Positions 17,737 through 27,611 of a DNA stretch of 64,000 bases are shown here, piece after piece; positions within the stretch are counted from its first letter, which is position 1, and each line of letters starts with the position of its first letter. The stretch is from an uncultured Streptomyces sp. Its GTDB lineage: Bacteria; Actinomycetota; Actinomycetes; Streptomycetales; Streptomycetaceae. The translations under genes were made by a program, and so were the position numbers. The notes beneath the pieces were generated by a model, which did not search any database, was not told where the DNA came from, and saw only the letters and a program-made list of their open reading frames with translations. The DNA is taken from NCBI GenBank assembly GCA_965653385.1, contig CBFGZZ010000002.1, positions 6,997 through 70,996 of the forward strand, in the 5' to 3' direction.

Positions 17737-18684
17737 TCAGCCGATGGCGACGCCCTTGGAGCGGAGGTAGGCGACCGGGTCGAGGTCCGAGCCGTAGTCC
17801 GGCGTGGTGCGGATCTCGAAGTGGAGGTGCGGGCCGGTCACGTTGCCGGTCGCGCCGGAGAGGCCTATCTGCTGGCCCGCAGTAACGGTCTGGCCGCTCG
17901 AGACCGAGAGCGAGGACAGGTGGGCGTACTGGGCGTAGTAGCCGTCGGCGAGCTGGATGACGACCTGGTTGCCGTACGCGCCGCCCCAGCCGGCCGAGAC
18001 GACGGTGCCCGCGCCGACCGCCTTCAGCGGGGTGCCGGTGGGGGCGACGAAGTCGACGCCGGTGTGGTAGCCGCTGGACCACATGCTGCCCGCCACCTTG
18101 TAGGCGGTGCCGACCGAGGCGCCGGAGACGGGGGCGGAGAAGCCGCTGGTCGGGCCGGCGTTCTCCGCGCTCTGGGTGGTCGTGGTCTTCTTCGCCGCGG
18201 AGGACTTCGAGGCGGTCGAGTCGGCGGAGGACTCGGAGGAGGAAGACGAGGGAGCGGAAGACGAGGGGGCGGACGACGACTTGGGGGCGCTCGTCGTCGC
18301 CTTCTTGCCGCCGAGGGAGAGCTTCAGGCCGGGGTGGATCAGCGACGGGTCGTCGCCGACGGCCTCGCGGTTGTCGGCGTAGAGCTTCTTCCAGCCACCG
18401 CTGACGTTCTGCTCGTCGGCGATCTTCGAGAGGTAATCGCCGACCTTCACCGAATAGGTCCGCAGGCCCGCCTTCTTGTCGGAGGCCTTCTTCTCGACGG
18501 CCTTCTTCCCGGCGACCGGAAGAGACTGAACGGCTTTTTCCGAAACGGACTGCGCGGGAGCGGCGTGGGCGCCGGTGGCACCGATGAGCGGGAGAGCGAG
18601 AGCGGCTCCACCGGTTCCGGCGACGGCGATGGAGCGGGTGAAGCGCTGGGACTTCGGGCGGCGGTGCTTACCCTTGGCGGGCAT
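17737..18684 (-). CDS. Secreted LysM domain / M23 family peptidoglycan endopeptidase
   Basis: Trimmed to the ATG at 18684 (GGAGAGGAA upstream). Domain order: signal peptide, LysM (YSVKVGDYLSKIADEQNV..LIHPGLKL), a Ser/Ala-rich linker, then M23 motifs (HTGVDF, GNVTGPHLHFE). Confidence 0.85.
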   Translation of the reverse strand: MPAKGKHRRPKSQRFTRSIAVAGTGGAALALPLIGATGAHAAPAQSVSEKAVQSLPVAGKKAVEKKASDKKAGLRTYSVKVGDYLSKIADEQNVSGGWKKLYADNREAVGDDPSLIHPGLKLSLGGKKATTSAPKSSSAPSSSAPSSSSSESSADSTASKSSAAKKTTTTQSAENAGPTSGFSAPVSGASVGTAYKVAGSMWSSGYHTGVDFVAPTGTPLKAVGAGTVVSAGWGGAYGNQVVIQLADGYYAQYAHLSSLSVSSGQTVTAGQQIGLSGATGNVTGPHLHFEIRTTPDYGSDLDPVAYLRSKGVAIG

Positions 18685-18699
18685 GGCGAATTCCTCTCC

Positions 18700-18850
18700 G
18701 GCGCCTGCGAGGTGAGCTGTCGGGTGCGGGCTGGAGATGCCCGGCCGCGTGGGGACGCGACTTGACCCCAAGCCTGTTCCGGAGACCGGAACAGGCGGTT
18801 GTACCTGTGGGTCCCCCGCTCCTGCCGTGCACGGGTGAGTTTGCGCGGGA
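18700..18850 (-). promoter_or_regulatory. c-di-AMP riboswitch (ydaO/yuaA class) in the 5' leader of the LysM-M23 peptidase gene
   Basis: The minus strand contains CGCGCAAACTC ... GGAGCGGGGGACCCA ... TTGGGGTCAAGTC ... CCCGCACCCGACAGCTCACCTCGCAGGCG. These match my memory of the conserved ydaO blocks (GAGCGGGGGACCCA, GGGGUGAAUCC, CCGxCAGCUAACCUCGUAAGCG). The element ends immediately before the SD GGAGAGGAA. Confidence 0.65.
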
Positions 18851-19154
18851 TCCGGTCGGCGGCAGGATTCGGCGTCCGTCCGGATTGGTGGCGAACGTAA
18901 GCGAGGAAGACGCAAGGGAACAAGTGAGGGGTTCCGTCCGAATGCGTTCCTGTTGATCCCTTGTGGGAAATACCCGTCACCCTGCGTGAATTATCGGGGC
19001 ATCGCCGGACTCAAAACCCCTTGAAAAGCACGTGAATTACATGGACATGACGGGCGACGCACGGTCACGAATATGACGCTCCTCACGTGACGCTGCTCCA
19101 CCTTCCTTCACTCCAGAGCGAGTTGGAATGAAGGCATCAATTCGGACAGAAACC

Positions 19155-21224
19155 CTAGATGCGACGCAGTCGGATAACCGTCGCATCGAGGTCGCCACGC
19201 AAGCCTGCGCGAAGTCCGTGATGTGCCAGTACGGCACCTCGGTGAATTTCGCCCGTTTCAAGGCATTCATACGACGCTGTCGGGTCGAGGGCGCGCAAGC
19301 GCAGCGCCGGGACGGGCTCGCCGAAGCTCTGCGCCTGGAGCCAGGCGAAAACAACCGTTTCGTCCCTGAGTGAGTACTGCACCGCGCTCAGCCCACCCCG
19401 CGGAACCCGCAGCCGATACAGGTCTCCGCGCTGCACCACCGGCCGGATCTCCTTGTAGAGGGTCACCCATTCCCGGGCCTCGGCGAGTTCCTCCTCGGTC
19501 CACCGGGTGAGGTCGCCGCCGACCCCGAGCACCCCGGCCATGGCGCTCACGAACCGGAAGCGCAGGGAGCTGGCGCGGTGGTTGAGCATGGCGTTCGGAC
19601 TGTCGGTGACCCAGGCGGCCATGGCCCGGGCCGGGTGGAGCTGGCTGAAGCCGTGCTGGATGGCGAGCCGGTCCAGGGGGTCGGTGTTGTCCGAGGTCCA
19701 CACCTGGTCCGTGCGGCTCAGCACACCGAGGTCGATCCGCCCGCCGCCGCCCGAGCAGGACTCGAAGGCGACACCGGGATGGGCCGCACGCAGCCGGTCC
19801 AGCAGGCCGTACAGGGCGCGCACATGGTCGACCCACAGGCGCTGCGGATATGGCTCGCCGGGCCAGCCGGCGTCGGTGAAGCAGCGGTTGAAGTCCCACT
19901 TCACATAGTCGATCGGGGCGCTGGAGAGGATCCCGTCGAGGCGCTCGAAGAGGTACTCCTGGACATCCTCGCGCGCGAGATTGAGTACGAGCTGATTGCG
20001 GAACTCCGTCCGCTTTCGTCCCGTTTGATACTGAGCCCACTCGGGATGGGCGCGATACAACTCGCTGTCCGGATTGACCATTTCTGGTTCGACCCAGATG
20101 CCGAACTGCATGCCGAGCGCGTGCACGTAGTCGGCGAGCGGCTTGAGACCGGACGGAAAGCGGTCGGGGTTGGGCGTCCAGTCGCCGAGGCCCGCGCGGT
20201 CGCTGGTACGCGTCCCGAACCAGCCGTCGTCGACGACGAAGAGCTCGACGCCGATGGCCGCGGCCCGCCGCGCGAGCAGACTCTGCTGTTCCTCGGAGAT
20301 GTCGAACTCCGTCGCTTCCCAGGAGTTGAACAGCACCGGCCGGTCCTGGTCGGCGTCAGGGATCACATACGCGCGCTGGTACGCGTGCCAGGTGCGGCTC
20401 GCCCCGCCGAAGCCGCCGTCGCTCCACAGACCGGCGAAGACTGGTGTGGTGAAGGACTCCCCCGGGGCCAGCCGCAGCAGGCCCGAGTCGTCGTGTCCGG
20501 CCCCGCCGGTGATCTGCACGCGCGCGTCGGGGAGTTGCGCGACGGCGATGCGCCAGGACCCGGACCAGCCGAGGGCGCAGCCGTAGACCTCGCCCCGCTC
20601 CTCGGTGGCGTCCGTGTCGAGGGCGACCCACGGCAGGTGCTGGTGCCCGGTGTGCCCGCGGCGGCTGCCGATGACCTTCTCACCGTAGGTGAGTGGAGCC
20701 CGCGCCAGCCGGGACTCGGCGCCCCAGCGGCCGTGCAGCTGCGACAGCCGCCAGTCCTCGCGGTCGGGCAGCGTCCAGGTGGCCGAGTCGGCGCGCAGCA
20801 GCTCCAGCGCGGGCCCCTGGTTGTCCAGGGTCACCCAGCGCTCCACGACGTCCCCGCGCATCCGGTAGTGCAGGGCGACGGTCAGCCCGTCGTCGCAGAA
20901 CCGCAACCGCAGCTCGTCCCCGTCGGTCTCGTACCGCTTGAAACGCCACTCGGTGCCGCGCCGCTCCTCGGTGCGCACGGACAGGGCAGGCCGGACGAAG
21001 CGGGGGCCGCCTTCGACCGGGTACTCCTCGCGCCCGTCGAGGGGGGACTCGAAGGGCCAGTACTCCGGCAGCGGCCGTACGGCGAGGGCCTCGGCGTCGG
21101 CGAGCGCGATCCGCGGCCCCCAGTGGAGGTGCAAGAGCTCGTCGGCGTCCGTGAGATGGACGGCGTAACTGCTGGTCGGCCCGGTCAGGAGCCACGTACG
21201 ACCGTTGTCGGAGATCTCCAGCAT
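19155..21224 (-). CDS. Alpha-galactosidase (GH36)
   Basis: Contains YVKWDFNR and ESCSGGGGRID blocks typical of GH36. Trimmed to the ATG at 21224 (GAGGG 4 nt upstream). Confidence 0.85.
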   Translation of the reverse strand: MLEISDNGRTWLLTGPTSSYAVHLTDADELLHLHWGPRIALADAEALAVRPLPEYWPFESPLDGREEYPVEGGPRFVRPALSVRTEERRGTEWRFKRYETDGDELRLRFCDDGLTVALHYRMRGDVVERWVTLDNQGPALELLRADSATWTLPDREDWRLSQLHGRWGAESRLARAPLTYGEKVIGSRRGHTGHQHLPWVALDTDATEERGEVYGCALGWSGSWRIAVAQLPDARVQITGGAGHDDSGLLRLAPGESFTTPVFAGLWSDGGFGGASRTWHAYQRAYVIPDADQDRPVLFNSWEATEFDISEEQQSLLARRAAAIGVELFVVDDGWFGTRTSDRAGLGDWTPNPDRFPSGLKPLADYVHALGMQFGIWVEPEMVNPDSELYRAHPEWAQYQTGRKRTEFRNQLVLNLAREDVQEYLFERLDGILSSAPIDYVKWDFNRCFTDAGWPGEPYPQRLWVDHVRALYGLLDRLRAAHPGVAFESCSGGGGRIDLGVLSRTDQVWTSDNTDPLDRLAIQHGFSQLHPARAMAAWVTDSPNAMLNHRASSLRFRFVSAMAGVLGVGGDLTRWTEEELAEAREWVTLYKEIRPVVQRGDLYRLRVPRGGLSAVQYSLRDETVVFAWLQAQSFGEPVPALRLRALDPTASYECLETGEIHRGAVLAHHGLRAGLRGDLDATVIRLRRI

Positions 21225-21404
21225 CAAGCCCTCACAGAGACGAACAGGTGCGATCAAGTACCAACATCATCAAGGTCCGCGTGCTTCTGAGGCAACGCCT
21301 GTGGACAACTCATTGCCCCAGGAAGCCATGTCGTATGGTCGAGAGCGCACCCCGTCGGCCGCATCGCCGAGCCGCGCCGCCGGGGCCGACTGGGAGGAGC
21401 CCCC

Positions 21405-22202
21405 GTGACGCAGCAGATCCCGTCGACCGAGCCCGAACTGGCCGGAGTTCGCAACTTCCGTGATGTGGGCGGACTGCCGACCGTGGACGGACGGCGGGTG
21501 CGGCACGGGGTCCTGTTCCGCAGCGGCCACCTCGCGCACGCGACCGACGACGACGCGACCTTCCTCGGCTCCCTCGGACTGCACACGATCTTCGACTTCC
21601 GCAACGCGGCCGACCAGAAGCTCGAAGGCGCCGACGTGGAGCTGCCCGGGGTGCGCAATGTGAACCTGCCGCTGTCCGACCCCGCGGACGGCGCGGAGTT
21701 CTGGAAGATGGTCCGCGACGGCGACATCGAACAACTGCGGGAGATCCTGGCGGACGGCAAGGGCGCGGACCGGATGATCGCCTCCTACCGCACGATCATG
21801 AAGGAGCGCACCACCGAGCACTCCCAGGTGTTGCACGCGCTCGCGGAGGACAGCGTCCCCGCGCTGATGCACTGCGCGGCCGGCAAGGACCGCGCGGGCC
21901 TGTCGATCGCCGTGACGCTGCTCGCCCTCGGCGTCGAGCGCGAGGCGATCATCGCCGACTACCTGGAGTCCAACGCCAAGCACCGCCGCTACAAGGTGCG
22001 CCGCAGCGGCAGCGACGCGTCGGCCTACTCGCCCGAGGTCATGGAGCTGCTCAGCCCCCTGTTCGACGCCCGGGCCGAGTATCTGGCGGCGGCCTTCGAG
22101 ACGATCGACGAGACCTGGGGCGGCGTCGACGCCTACCTGGAGCAGGGCCTGAGGATCACCCCTGAGCTCCGGGAGCGGCTGCGGGAGCGCCTGCTCGACT
22201 GA
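21405..22202 (+). CDS. Tyrosine-protein phosphatase (Y_phosphatase3-like)
   Basis: CX5R active-site loop HCAAGKDRAG. The GTG start has GGGAGGAG 5 nt upstream. Confidence 0.8.
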   Translation: MTQQIPSTEPELAGVRNFRDVGGLPTVDGRRVRHGVLFRSGHLAHATDDDATFLGSLGLHTIFDFRNAADQKLEGADVELPGVRNVNLPLSDPADGAEFWKMVRDGDIEQLREILADGKGADRMIASYRTIMKERTTEHSQVLHALAEDSVPALMHCAAGKDRAGLSIAVTLLALGVEREAIIADYLESNAKHRRYKVRRSGSDASAYSPEVMELLSPLFDARAEYLAAAFETIDETWGGVDAYLEQGLRITPELRERLRERLLD

Positions 22203-22223
22203 CGCCCGGCCAGGCGCCCGTGC

Positions 22224-22343
22224 CTACTGCGCTCCCACCTCGAACAGCAGGTAGATGAAGGCCGCGAAGACATGCCCCACCGCGATGTAGATGATGAGCC
22301 GCACCCACAGGGCGCGCGGGAACTTCTCCTCCAGGTTGCTCAT
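22224..22343 (-). CDS. 39-aa single-TM micro-protein (DUF6126-like small hydrophobic protein)
   Basis: Sequence MSNLEEKFPRALWVRLIIYIAVGHVFAAFIYLLFEVGAQ. Its ATG at 22343 overlaps the stop of the upstream regulator as ATGA. One clear hydrophobic helix. Confidence 0.6.
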   Translation of the reverse strand: MSNLEEKFPRALWVRLIIYIAVGHVFAAFIYLLFEVGAQ

Positions 22344-22981
22344 GGCATCTCTCCAGGGGTGGGGCCCAGGCACAGCGTGGCCGTGGGGCTCTGCAGCAGG
22401 GTGTGGACGAACAGGAGCTCGACCCCGCCCGGGTCCTGGGCGGCGATGCGGTGCGGGGTGAGCGAGTCGAAGTGCGCGCTGTCGCCGGGCGCGAGCCGGT
22501 GCGTGGTGTCCCCGAGGCGCAGCCGCAGCCTGCCGTCGAGTACGTAGAGCCACTCCTCCCCCGGATGCACCCGCACGATGTCGCCCTGCGAGCCGTACGG
22601 CACCTGGACCCGCAGGGCCTGCATCCCGCGCCCCGGCGCCCCCGCCTGCCGGTATGTCCAGCCGCCGGCCGCGGTCGGCTCCATGTCGGCCGAGCGCACC
22701 ACGGCGTCCCGGTCGGCGACCGTCTCGCCGAGCAGCTCGGAGACCGTCGTACCGTAGACACGCGCGAGCGCGAGCAGCATCGGCAGTGAGGGCTGGCGCT
22801 GCCCGGTCTCCAGACGGGAGAGATGCGCGGGTGACAGCCCGGCGGAGCGGGCGGCGGCCTCCAGGGTGAGGGAGGCACGGCGGCGCAGCGCGCGGAGCTG
22901 GGGCGCGACGGCGGGCAGGGCGTCGACCGGCCCCGTCCGCCGGGTCCCCGGCTCGCTTTCGGGAGAGCTCATGCTCTCCAT
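22340..22981 (-). CDS. XRE-family HTH regulator with cupin domain
   Basis: HTH (LRALRRRASLTLEAAARSAGLSPAHLSRLETGQRQP) followed by cupin strands (HPGEEWLYVLDGRLRLRLGD..PGDSAHF). Confidence 0.8.
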   Translation of the reverse strand: MESMSSPESEPGTRRTGPVDALPAVAPQLRALRRRASLTLEAAARSAGLSPAHLSRLETGQRQPSLPMLLALARVYGTTVSELLGETVADRDAVVRSADMEPTAAGGWTYRQAGAPGRGMQALRVQVPYGSQGDIVRVHPGEEWLYVLDGRLRLRLGDTTHRLAPGDSAHFDSLTPHRIAAQDPGGVELLFVHTLLQSPTATLCLGPTPGEMP

Positions 22982-23059
22982 TCAGCCCCAGCCTTGCCTC
23001 TGCGGCAAATTTCTTGCCTCAGAGGCAAAAGAACATGCGCTCGCCGTCTCGGACCGTGT

Positions 23060-24445
23060 CTAACGGTTGGCGACCGCCTGCTTGATCAGCGTCTTCCCGA
23101 AGTCCCACATCAGCCCGCCGCCACTGTGCGCGTCGTCCATCACATCGGTGAAGGCGTCCACGAACCGGTCCACCTCCCGCTCACCGATGATCAGCGGCGG
23201 GATCAGCTTGATCACCTCAAGGTGGTCGCCGGAGACCTGGGTGAGGATCCGGTGCCGGCGCAGCAGCGGGACGACGACCATCTGCGCGAACAGGCCCCTG
23301 CGCGCGGCCTGGAGCATGGCCCAGCGGCTGCGCAGCTTCAGCGAGTCGGGCCGGCCGAACTCGATGCCGACCATGAGCCCTCGCCCGCGCACGTCGGCGA
23401 GCAGCTCGTACTTGTCGGTCAGCGCCGCGAGCCGGGACCTGAGCAGTTCGCCCGTCGCCCGCGCGTTCGCGACGATCTGCTCGTTCTCCATGACGGACAG
23501 CACGGCGAGCCCGGCCGCCATGGCCTGCGCATTGGACCCGAAGCTCGCCGAGTGGACCAGCACGCGGTCCATGGACGAGTAGACCTTCTTGAAGATCCAG
23601 TCCTTGCCGAGCGTGGCGCCCACCGGTACATAGCCGCCGGAGAGCGCCTTGGCCACACACACCAGGTCCGGCTCGACTCCGTCCTCGTGCTGGTAGGCGT
23701 AGAAGTCGCCGGTACGGCCGAGCCCGGTCTGCACCTCGTCGGCGATGAGCAGCGCCTTGTGCTGGTGCAGCAGCTCCTGGGCGGCCCGCAGATAGCCGGG
23801 CGGGGGCTCGTGCACGCCCTTGCCCTGGATCGGCTCGACGATCAGGGCGGCCACGTCGCCCTTCTTCAACTCCCGTGCCAGGGCGTCGAGGTCGCCGAGC
23901 GGTACGGCCGTGTCGGGCAGCAGCGGGGCGAAGCCGTCCCGGAAGCCGGACTCGCCGTTGACGGACAGGGAGCCGGTGGTCAGCCCGTGGAAGGCGTGAT
24001 CGCAGTACAGCACCCGCGGCTTGCCGGTGACGAACCTGGCGAACTTCAGCGCGGTCTCCACCGCCTCCGTGCCGCTGTTGCCGAAAAAGACCCGGTCCAG
24101 GTGCGGGCTGTGCGCGAGCAGCTTCTCGGCCAGCAGGCCGGGCAGCGGCTGGCAGTCGAAGCGGGTGAGGTCGGCGAGCTGTGCGTCGAGGACGTCGTGC
24201 AGCGCCTTGCGGACGACGGGGTGATGACGGCCGAGGCCCATCACCCCGAACCCGGCGAGCATGTCCAGGTAGTCGTCGCCGTCCGCGTCCCAGAAGTAGG
24301 CGCCCTCGGCCCGCTCGTAGACCTTGTCGAAGCCGATGGTGTGCAGCATGCGCGGGAGCTGGTGGTTCAGGTACCTGCCGTGCAGCTCGTAGCGCTCGGC
24401 CCCGCGCTCGGCCAGGAGTCTGCCGAGGTCGAACTCCGTGGTCAT
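23060..24445 (-). CDS. Class-III PLP aminotransferase (hopanoid-cluster HpnO-like ornithine/acetylornithine-type aminotransferase)
   Basis: 461 aa with [20 protein letters not shown] and a KALSGG (PLP-Lys) pattern. Its ATG overlaps the dxs stop (ATGA at 24442-24445). Confidence 0.85.
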   Translation of the reverse strand: MTTEFDLGRLLAERGAERYELHGRYLNHQLPRMLHTIGFDKVYERAEGAYFWDADGDDYLDMLAGFGVMGLGRHHPVVRKALHDVLDAQLADLTRFDCQPLPGLLAEKLLAHSPHLDRVFFGNSGTEAVETALKFARFVTGKPRVLYCDHAFHGLTTGSLSVNGESGFRDGFAPLLPDTAVPLGDLDALARELKKGDVAALIVEPIQGKGVHEPPPGYLRAAQELLHQHKALLIADEVQTGLGRTGDFYAYQHEDGVEPDLVCVAKALSGGYVPVGATLGKDWIFKKVYSSMDRVLVHSASFGSNAQAMAAGLAVLSVMENEQIVANARATGELLRSRLAALTDKYELLADVRGRGLMVGIEFGRPDSLKLRSRWAMLQAARRGLFAQMVVVPLLRRHRILTQVSGDHLEVIKLIPPLIIGEREVDRFVDAFTDVMDDAHSGGGLMWDFGKTLIKQAVANR

Positions 24446-26400
24446 TCGGCTTTCTCCTTGACTGGCACGACGCTACGGCCGTCCTCGCCGCCGTCGGCCT
24501 GCTCGGTGCCGGGCGGGCTGCCCTCGGCGTCCTTGAGGGCGAGGCTCGCGCTGATCCGCCCGGCGACCTCGACGGGCGTGAGCCCGATGTCGGCGAGGAC
24601 CTCGCCGCGCTTGGCGTGCGCGAGGAACTGCTCCGGGATGCCGAACCGCCGTACGGGCACGTCGACATCGGCGTCGCCCAGCGCCAGCGCCACCGCGGCG
24701 CCCACACCGGACGAGCGGCTGTTGTCCTCGACGACGGCCACCAGCCGGTGCTGTGCGGCGAGGGGCGCGAGCGCGGGGTCGACGGGTTTCACCCAGCGCG
24801 GGTCGACGACGGTGCAGTTGATGCCGCGCGCGTGGAGCAGTTCGGCGGCCTGGAGGCACACCGGCGCCATCACGCCCACGGCGACCAGCAGCACCTCCGG
24901 CTCGCCGGCGTCCCGGTGCAGCACGTCGAGGCCGCCCACCCGGTCGACGGCCGGGATCGACGGGCCGACGGACTCCTTCGGGAACCGTACGAGGGTCGGC
25001 GCGTCGTCCACCGCCACGGCCTCCCGCAGCTGCGCCCGCAGCTGGTCGGCGTCGCGCGGCGCGGCGATCCGCAGCCCCGGTACGACCTGGAGGATCGACA
25101 TGTCCCACATGCCGTTGTGGGAAGCCCCGTCGGCGCCCGTGACGCCGGCTCGGTCGAGCACGAACGTCACCCCGCAGCGGTGCAGTGCGACGTCCATCAG
25201 CAGCTGGTCGAAGGCCCGGTTGAGGAAGGTGGCGTAGACGGCGACGACCGGGTGCAGCCCGCCCGTCGCGAGCCCCGCCGCCGACACGGCCGCGTGCTGC
25301 TCGGCGATCCCCACGTCCCACACCCGGTCCGGGAACCGCTCAGCGAACTTGCCGAGCCCGACCGGGTGCAGCATGGCCGCCGTGATCGCCACGACATCGT
25401 CCCGCTCCTCCCCGATTCGCACGATCTCCTCGCCGAACACCGACGTCCAGGACGGCCCGCCGGACGGCGCGAGCGGCTCGCAGGTCAGCGGGTCCATCAC
25501 GCCGACGGTGTGGAAGTGGTCCTCCTCGTGGGCCAGGGCGGGTTCGTAGCCGCGCCCCTTCTCCGTGAGGCAGTGGATCAGCACCGGCCCGTGGAACCGC
25601 TTGGCCCGGCGCAGCGCCGACTCGACGGCCCCGATGTCATGGCCGTCGATGGGGCCGACGTACTTCAGGCCCAGGTCCTCGAACATGCCCTGCGGTGCGA
25701 AGGCGTCCTTGAAGCCCTTCTTCGCGCCGTGCAGCGACTCGTAGATCGTGCTGCCGACGAGCGGCGTCCGCAGCAGTACGTCCTTGCCCCAGGCCAGGAC
25801 CTTCTCGTAACTGTCGGTCGTGCGCAGGGTCGCGAGGTGGTTGGCGAGCCCTCCGATGGTCGGGGCGTAAGAGCGTTCGTTGTCGTTGACGACGACGATC
25901 AGCGGACGGTCCTTGGCGGCCGCGATGTTGTTCAGCGCCTCCCAGGCCATGCCGCCGGTCAGCGCGCCGTCGCCGATCACCGCGACGACATGGCCCTTCT
26001 CCCCCTGCACCTCGCGGGCCTTGGCGAGGCCGTCGGCCCAGCCGAGCGCGGTGGAGGCGTGGCTGTTCTCGACGACGTCGTGCTCGGACTCCTCGCGCGA
26101 GGGGTAGCCGGACAGGCCGCCCTTGCCGCGCAGCTTGGAGAAGTCCTGCCGTCCCGTCAGAAGCTTGTGTACGTAGCTCTGGTGACCGGTGTCCCAGACG
26201 ATGCGGTCGACCGGCGACTCGAAGACCCGGTGGAGCGCGATGGAGAGTTCCACCACCCCCAGATTGGGCCCGAGATGTCCGCCGGTCCTGGCGACCGCGT
26301 GCACCAGGAACTCCCTGATCTCATGGGACAGATCACCGAGTTCCGTCTCGGACAGCGCCTTCAGGTCACGTGGTCCCCGGATGCTCTCCAGAATCGTCAC
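24442..26400 (-). CDS. dxs: 1-deoxy-D-xylulose-5-phosphate synthase
   Basis: N-terminus [20 protein letters not shown], and the TPP motif [16 protein letters not shown]. 652 aa. GTG start. Confidence 0.95.
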   Translation of the reverse strand: MTILESIRGPRDLKALSETELGDLSHEIREFLVHAVARTGGHLGPNLGVVELSIALHRVFESPVDRIVWDTGHQSYVHKLLTGRQDFSKLRGKGGLSGYPSREESEHDVVENSHASTALGWADGLAKAREVQGEKGHVVAVIGDGALTGGMAWEALNNIAAAKDRPLIVVVNDNERSYAPTIGGLANHLATLRTTDSYEKVLAWGKDVLLRTPLVGSTIYESLHGAKKGFKDAFAPQGMFEDLGLKYVGPIDGHDIGAVESALRRAKRFHGPVLIHCLTEKGRGYEPALAHEEDHFHTVGVMDPLTCEPLAPSGGPSWTSVFGEEIVRIGEERDDVVAITAAMLHPVGLGKFAERFPDRVWDVGIAEQHAAVSAAGLATGGLHPVVAVYATFLNRAFDQLLMDVALHRCGVTFVLDRAGVTGADGASHNGMWDMSILQVVPGLRIAAPRDADQLRAQLREAVAVDDAPTLVRFPKESVGPSIPAVDRVGGLDVLHRDAGEPEVLLVAVGVMAPVCLQAAELLHARGINCTVVDPRWVKPVDPALAPLAAQHRLVAVVEDNSRSSGVGAAVALALGDADVDVPVRRFGIPEQFLAHAKRGEVLADIGLTPVEVAGRISASLALKDAEGSPPGTEQADGGEDGRSVVPVKEKAE

Positions 26401-26431
26401 GCTCGGGCCCCCTCTCGGTCCGTGCCTTGCT

Positions 26432-27607
26432 TCAACTCACCGTCACGGCCGGTTTCCCCGTGACGGCGGGGGCGCCCGATGCGGCCCCGTCCTGCTCCAT
26501 CTGCTCGGCGATCTTCATCGCCTCTTCGATCAGGGTCTCGACGATCTTGGACTCGGGGACGGTCTTGATGACCTCGCCCTTCACGAAGATCTGGCCCTTG
26601 CCGTTGCCGGAGGCGACCCCCAGGTCCGCCTCCCGCGCCTCGCCGGGGCCGTTGACCACACAGCCCATGACGGCTACCCGCAACGGCACTTCCATGCCTT
26701 CCAGGCCGACTGTGACCTCGTCGGCCAGCTTGTACACGTCGACCTGAGCGCGCCCGCACGACGGACAGGAGACGATCTCCAGGCGCCGCTGCCTGAGGCC
26801 CAGCGACTCCAGGATCTGGATGCCGACCTTGACCTCCTCGGCGGGCGGAGCGCTCAGGGAGACCCTGATGGTGTCGCCGATGCCCTGGGAGAGGAGGGCG
26901 CCGAAGGCGACGGCCGACTTGATCGTGCCCTGGAAGGCCGGGCCCGCCTCGGTCACGCCGAGGTGGAGCGGGTAGTCGCACTGGGCGGCCAGCTGCTTGT
27001 ACGCCTCGATCATGATCACCGGGTCGTTGTGCTTGACCGAGATCTTGATGTCCCGGAAGTCGTGCTCCTCGAAGAGCGACGCCTCCCACAGGGCCGACTC
27101 GACCAGAGCCTCCGGGGTCGCCTTGCCGTACTTCTGGAGCAGGCGCCGGTCCAGGGAGCCGGCGTTCACGCCGATGCGGATCGGGGTGCCGTGGTCCTTG
27201 GCGGCCCGCGCGATCTCCTTGACCTTGTCGTCGAACTGCTTGATGTTGCCGGGGTTCACACGGACCGCCGCGCAGCCCGCCTCGATCGCCGCGAACACGT
27301 ACTTCGGCTGGAAGTGGATGTCCGCGATCACCGGGATCTGCGACTTGCGGGCGATCGTCGACAAGGCGTCGGCGTCGTCCTGCGTCGGGCAGGCCACGCG
27401 CACGATCTGGCAGCCGGACGCGGTGAGCTCGGCGATCTGCTGGAGAGTCGCGCCGATGTCGGACGTACGGGTGGTCGTCATCGACTGGACCGACACCGGG
27501 GCCCCACCCCCGACCGCCACCGGCCCGACCTGGATCTGCCGCGACAGGCGCCGCTCGGCGATCGGGCGGGCCGGCACCTCGGGGACGCCCAAGGAGATGG
27601 CGGTCAT
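26432..27607 (-). CDS. ispG: 4-hydroxy-3-methylbut-2-en-1-yl diphosphate synthase
   Basis: Contains [16 protein letters not shown], and SCPSCGR plus GCVVNGPGE Fe-S cysteines. 391 aa. Confidence 0.95.
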   Translation of the reverse strand: MTAISLGVPEVPARPIAERRLSRQIQVGPVAVGGGAPVSVQSMTTTRTSDIGATLQQIAELTASGCQIVRVACPTQDDADALSTIARKSQIPVIADIHFQPKYVFAAIEAGCAAVRVNPGNIKQFDDKVKEIARAAKDHGTPIRIGVNAGSLDRRLLQKYGKATPEALVESALWEASLFEEHDFRDIKISVKHNDPVIMIEAYKQLAAQCDYPLHLGVTEAGPAFQGTIKSAVAFGALLSQGIGDTIRVSLSAPPAEEVKVGIQILESLGLRQRRLEIVSCPSCGRAQVDVYKLADEVTVGLEGMEVPLRVAVMGCVVNGPGEAREADLGVASGNGKGQIFVKGEVIKTVPESKIVETLIEEAMKIAEQMEQDGAASGAPAVTGKPAVTVS

Positions 27608-27611
27608 GGCG

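Noticed and set aside
24181-26463. Very long ORFs antisense to strongly recognisable genes. Examples: 24181..26463 (+) opposite dxs, 10013..12031 (+) opposite cvnA, 29272..31428 (+) opposite shc, 5980..7293 (+) opposite tdh, 41819..43591 (+), 60864..62819 (+) and 44813..46096 (-).
   Set aside because: They are typical high-GC artefacts, since stop codons are rare in off-frames. Their translations are Arg/Gly/Pro/Ala-rich with no motifs, they lack an SD, and the opposite strand carries a gene with clear family signatures and proper third-position GC bias.
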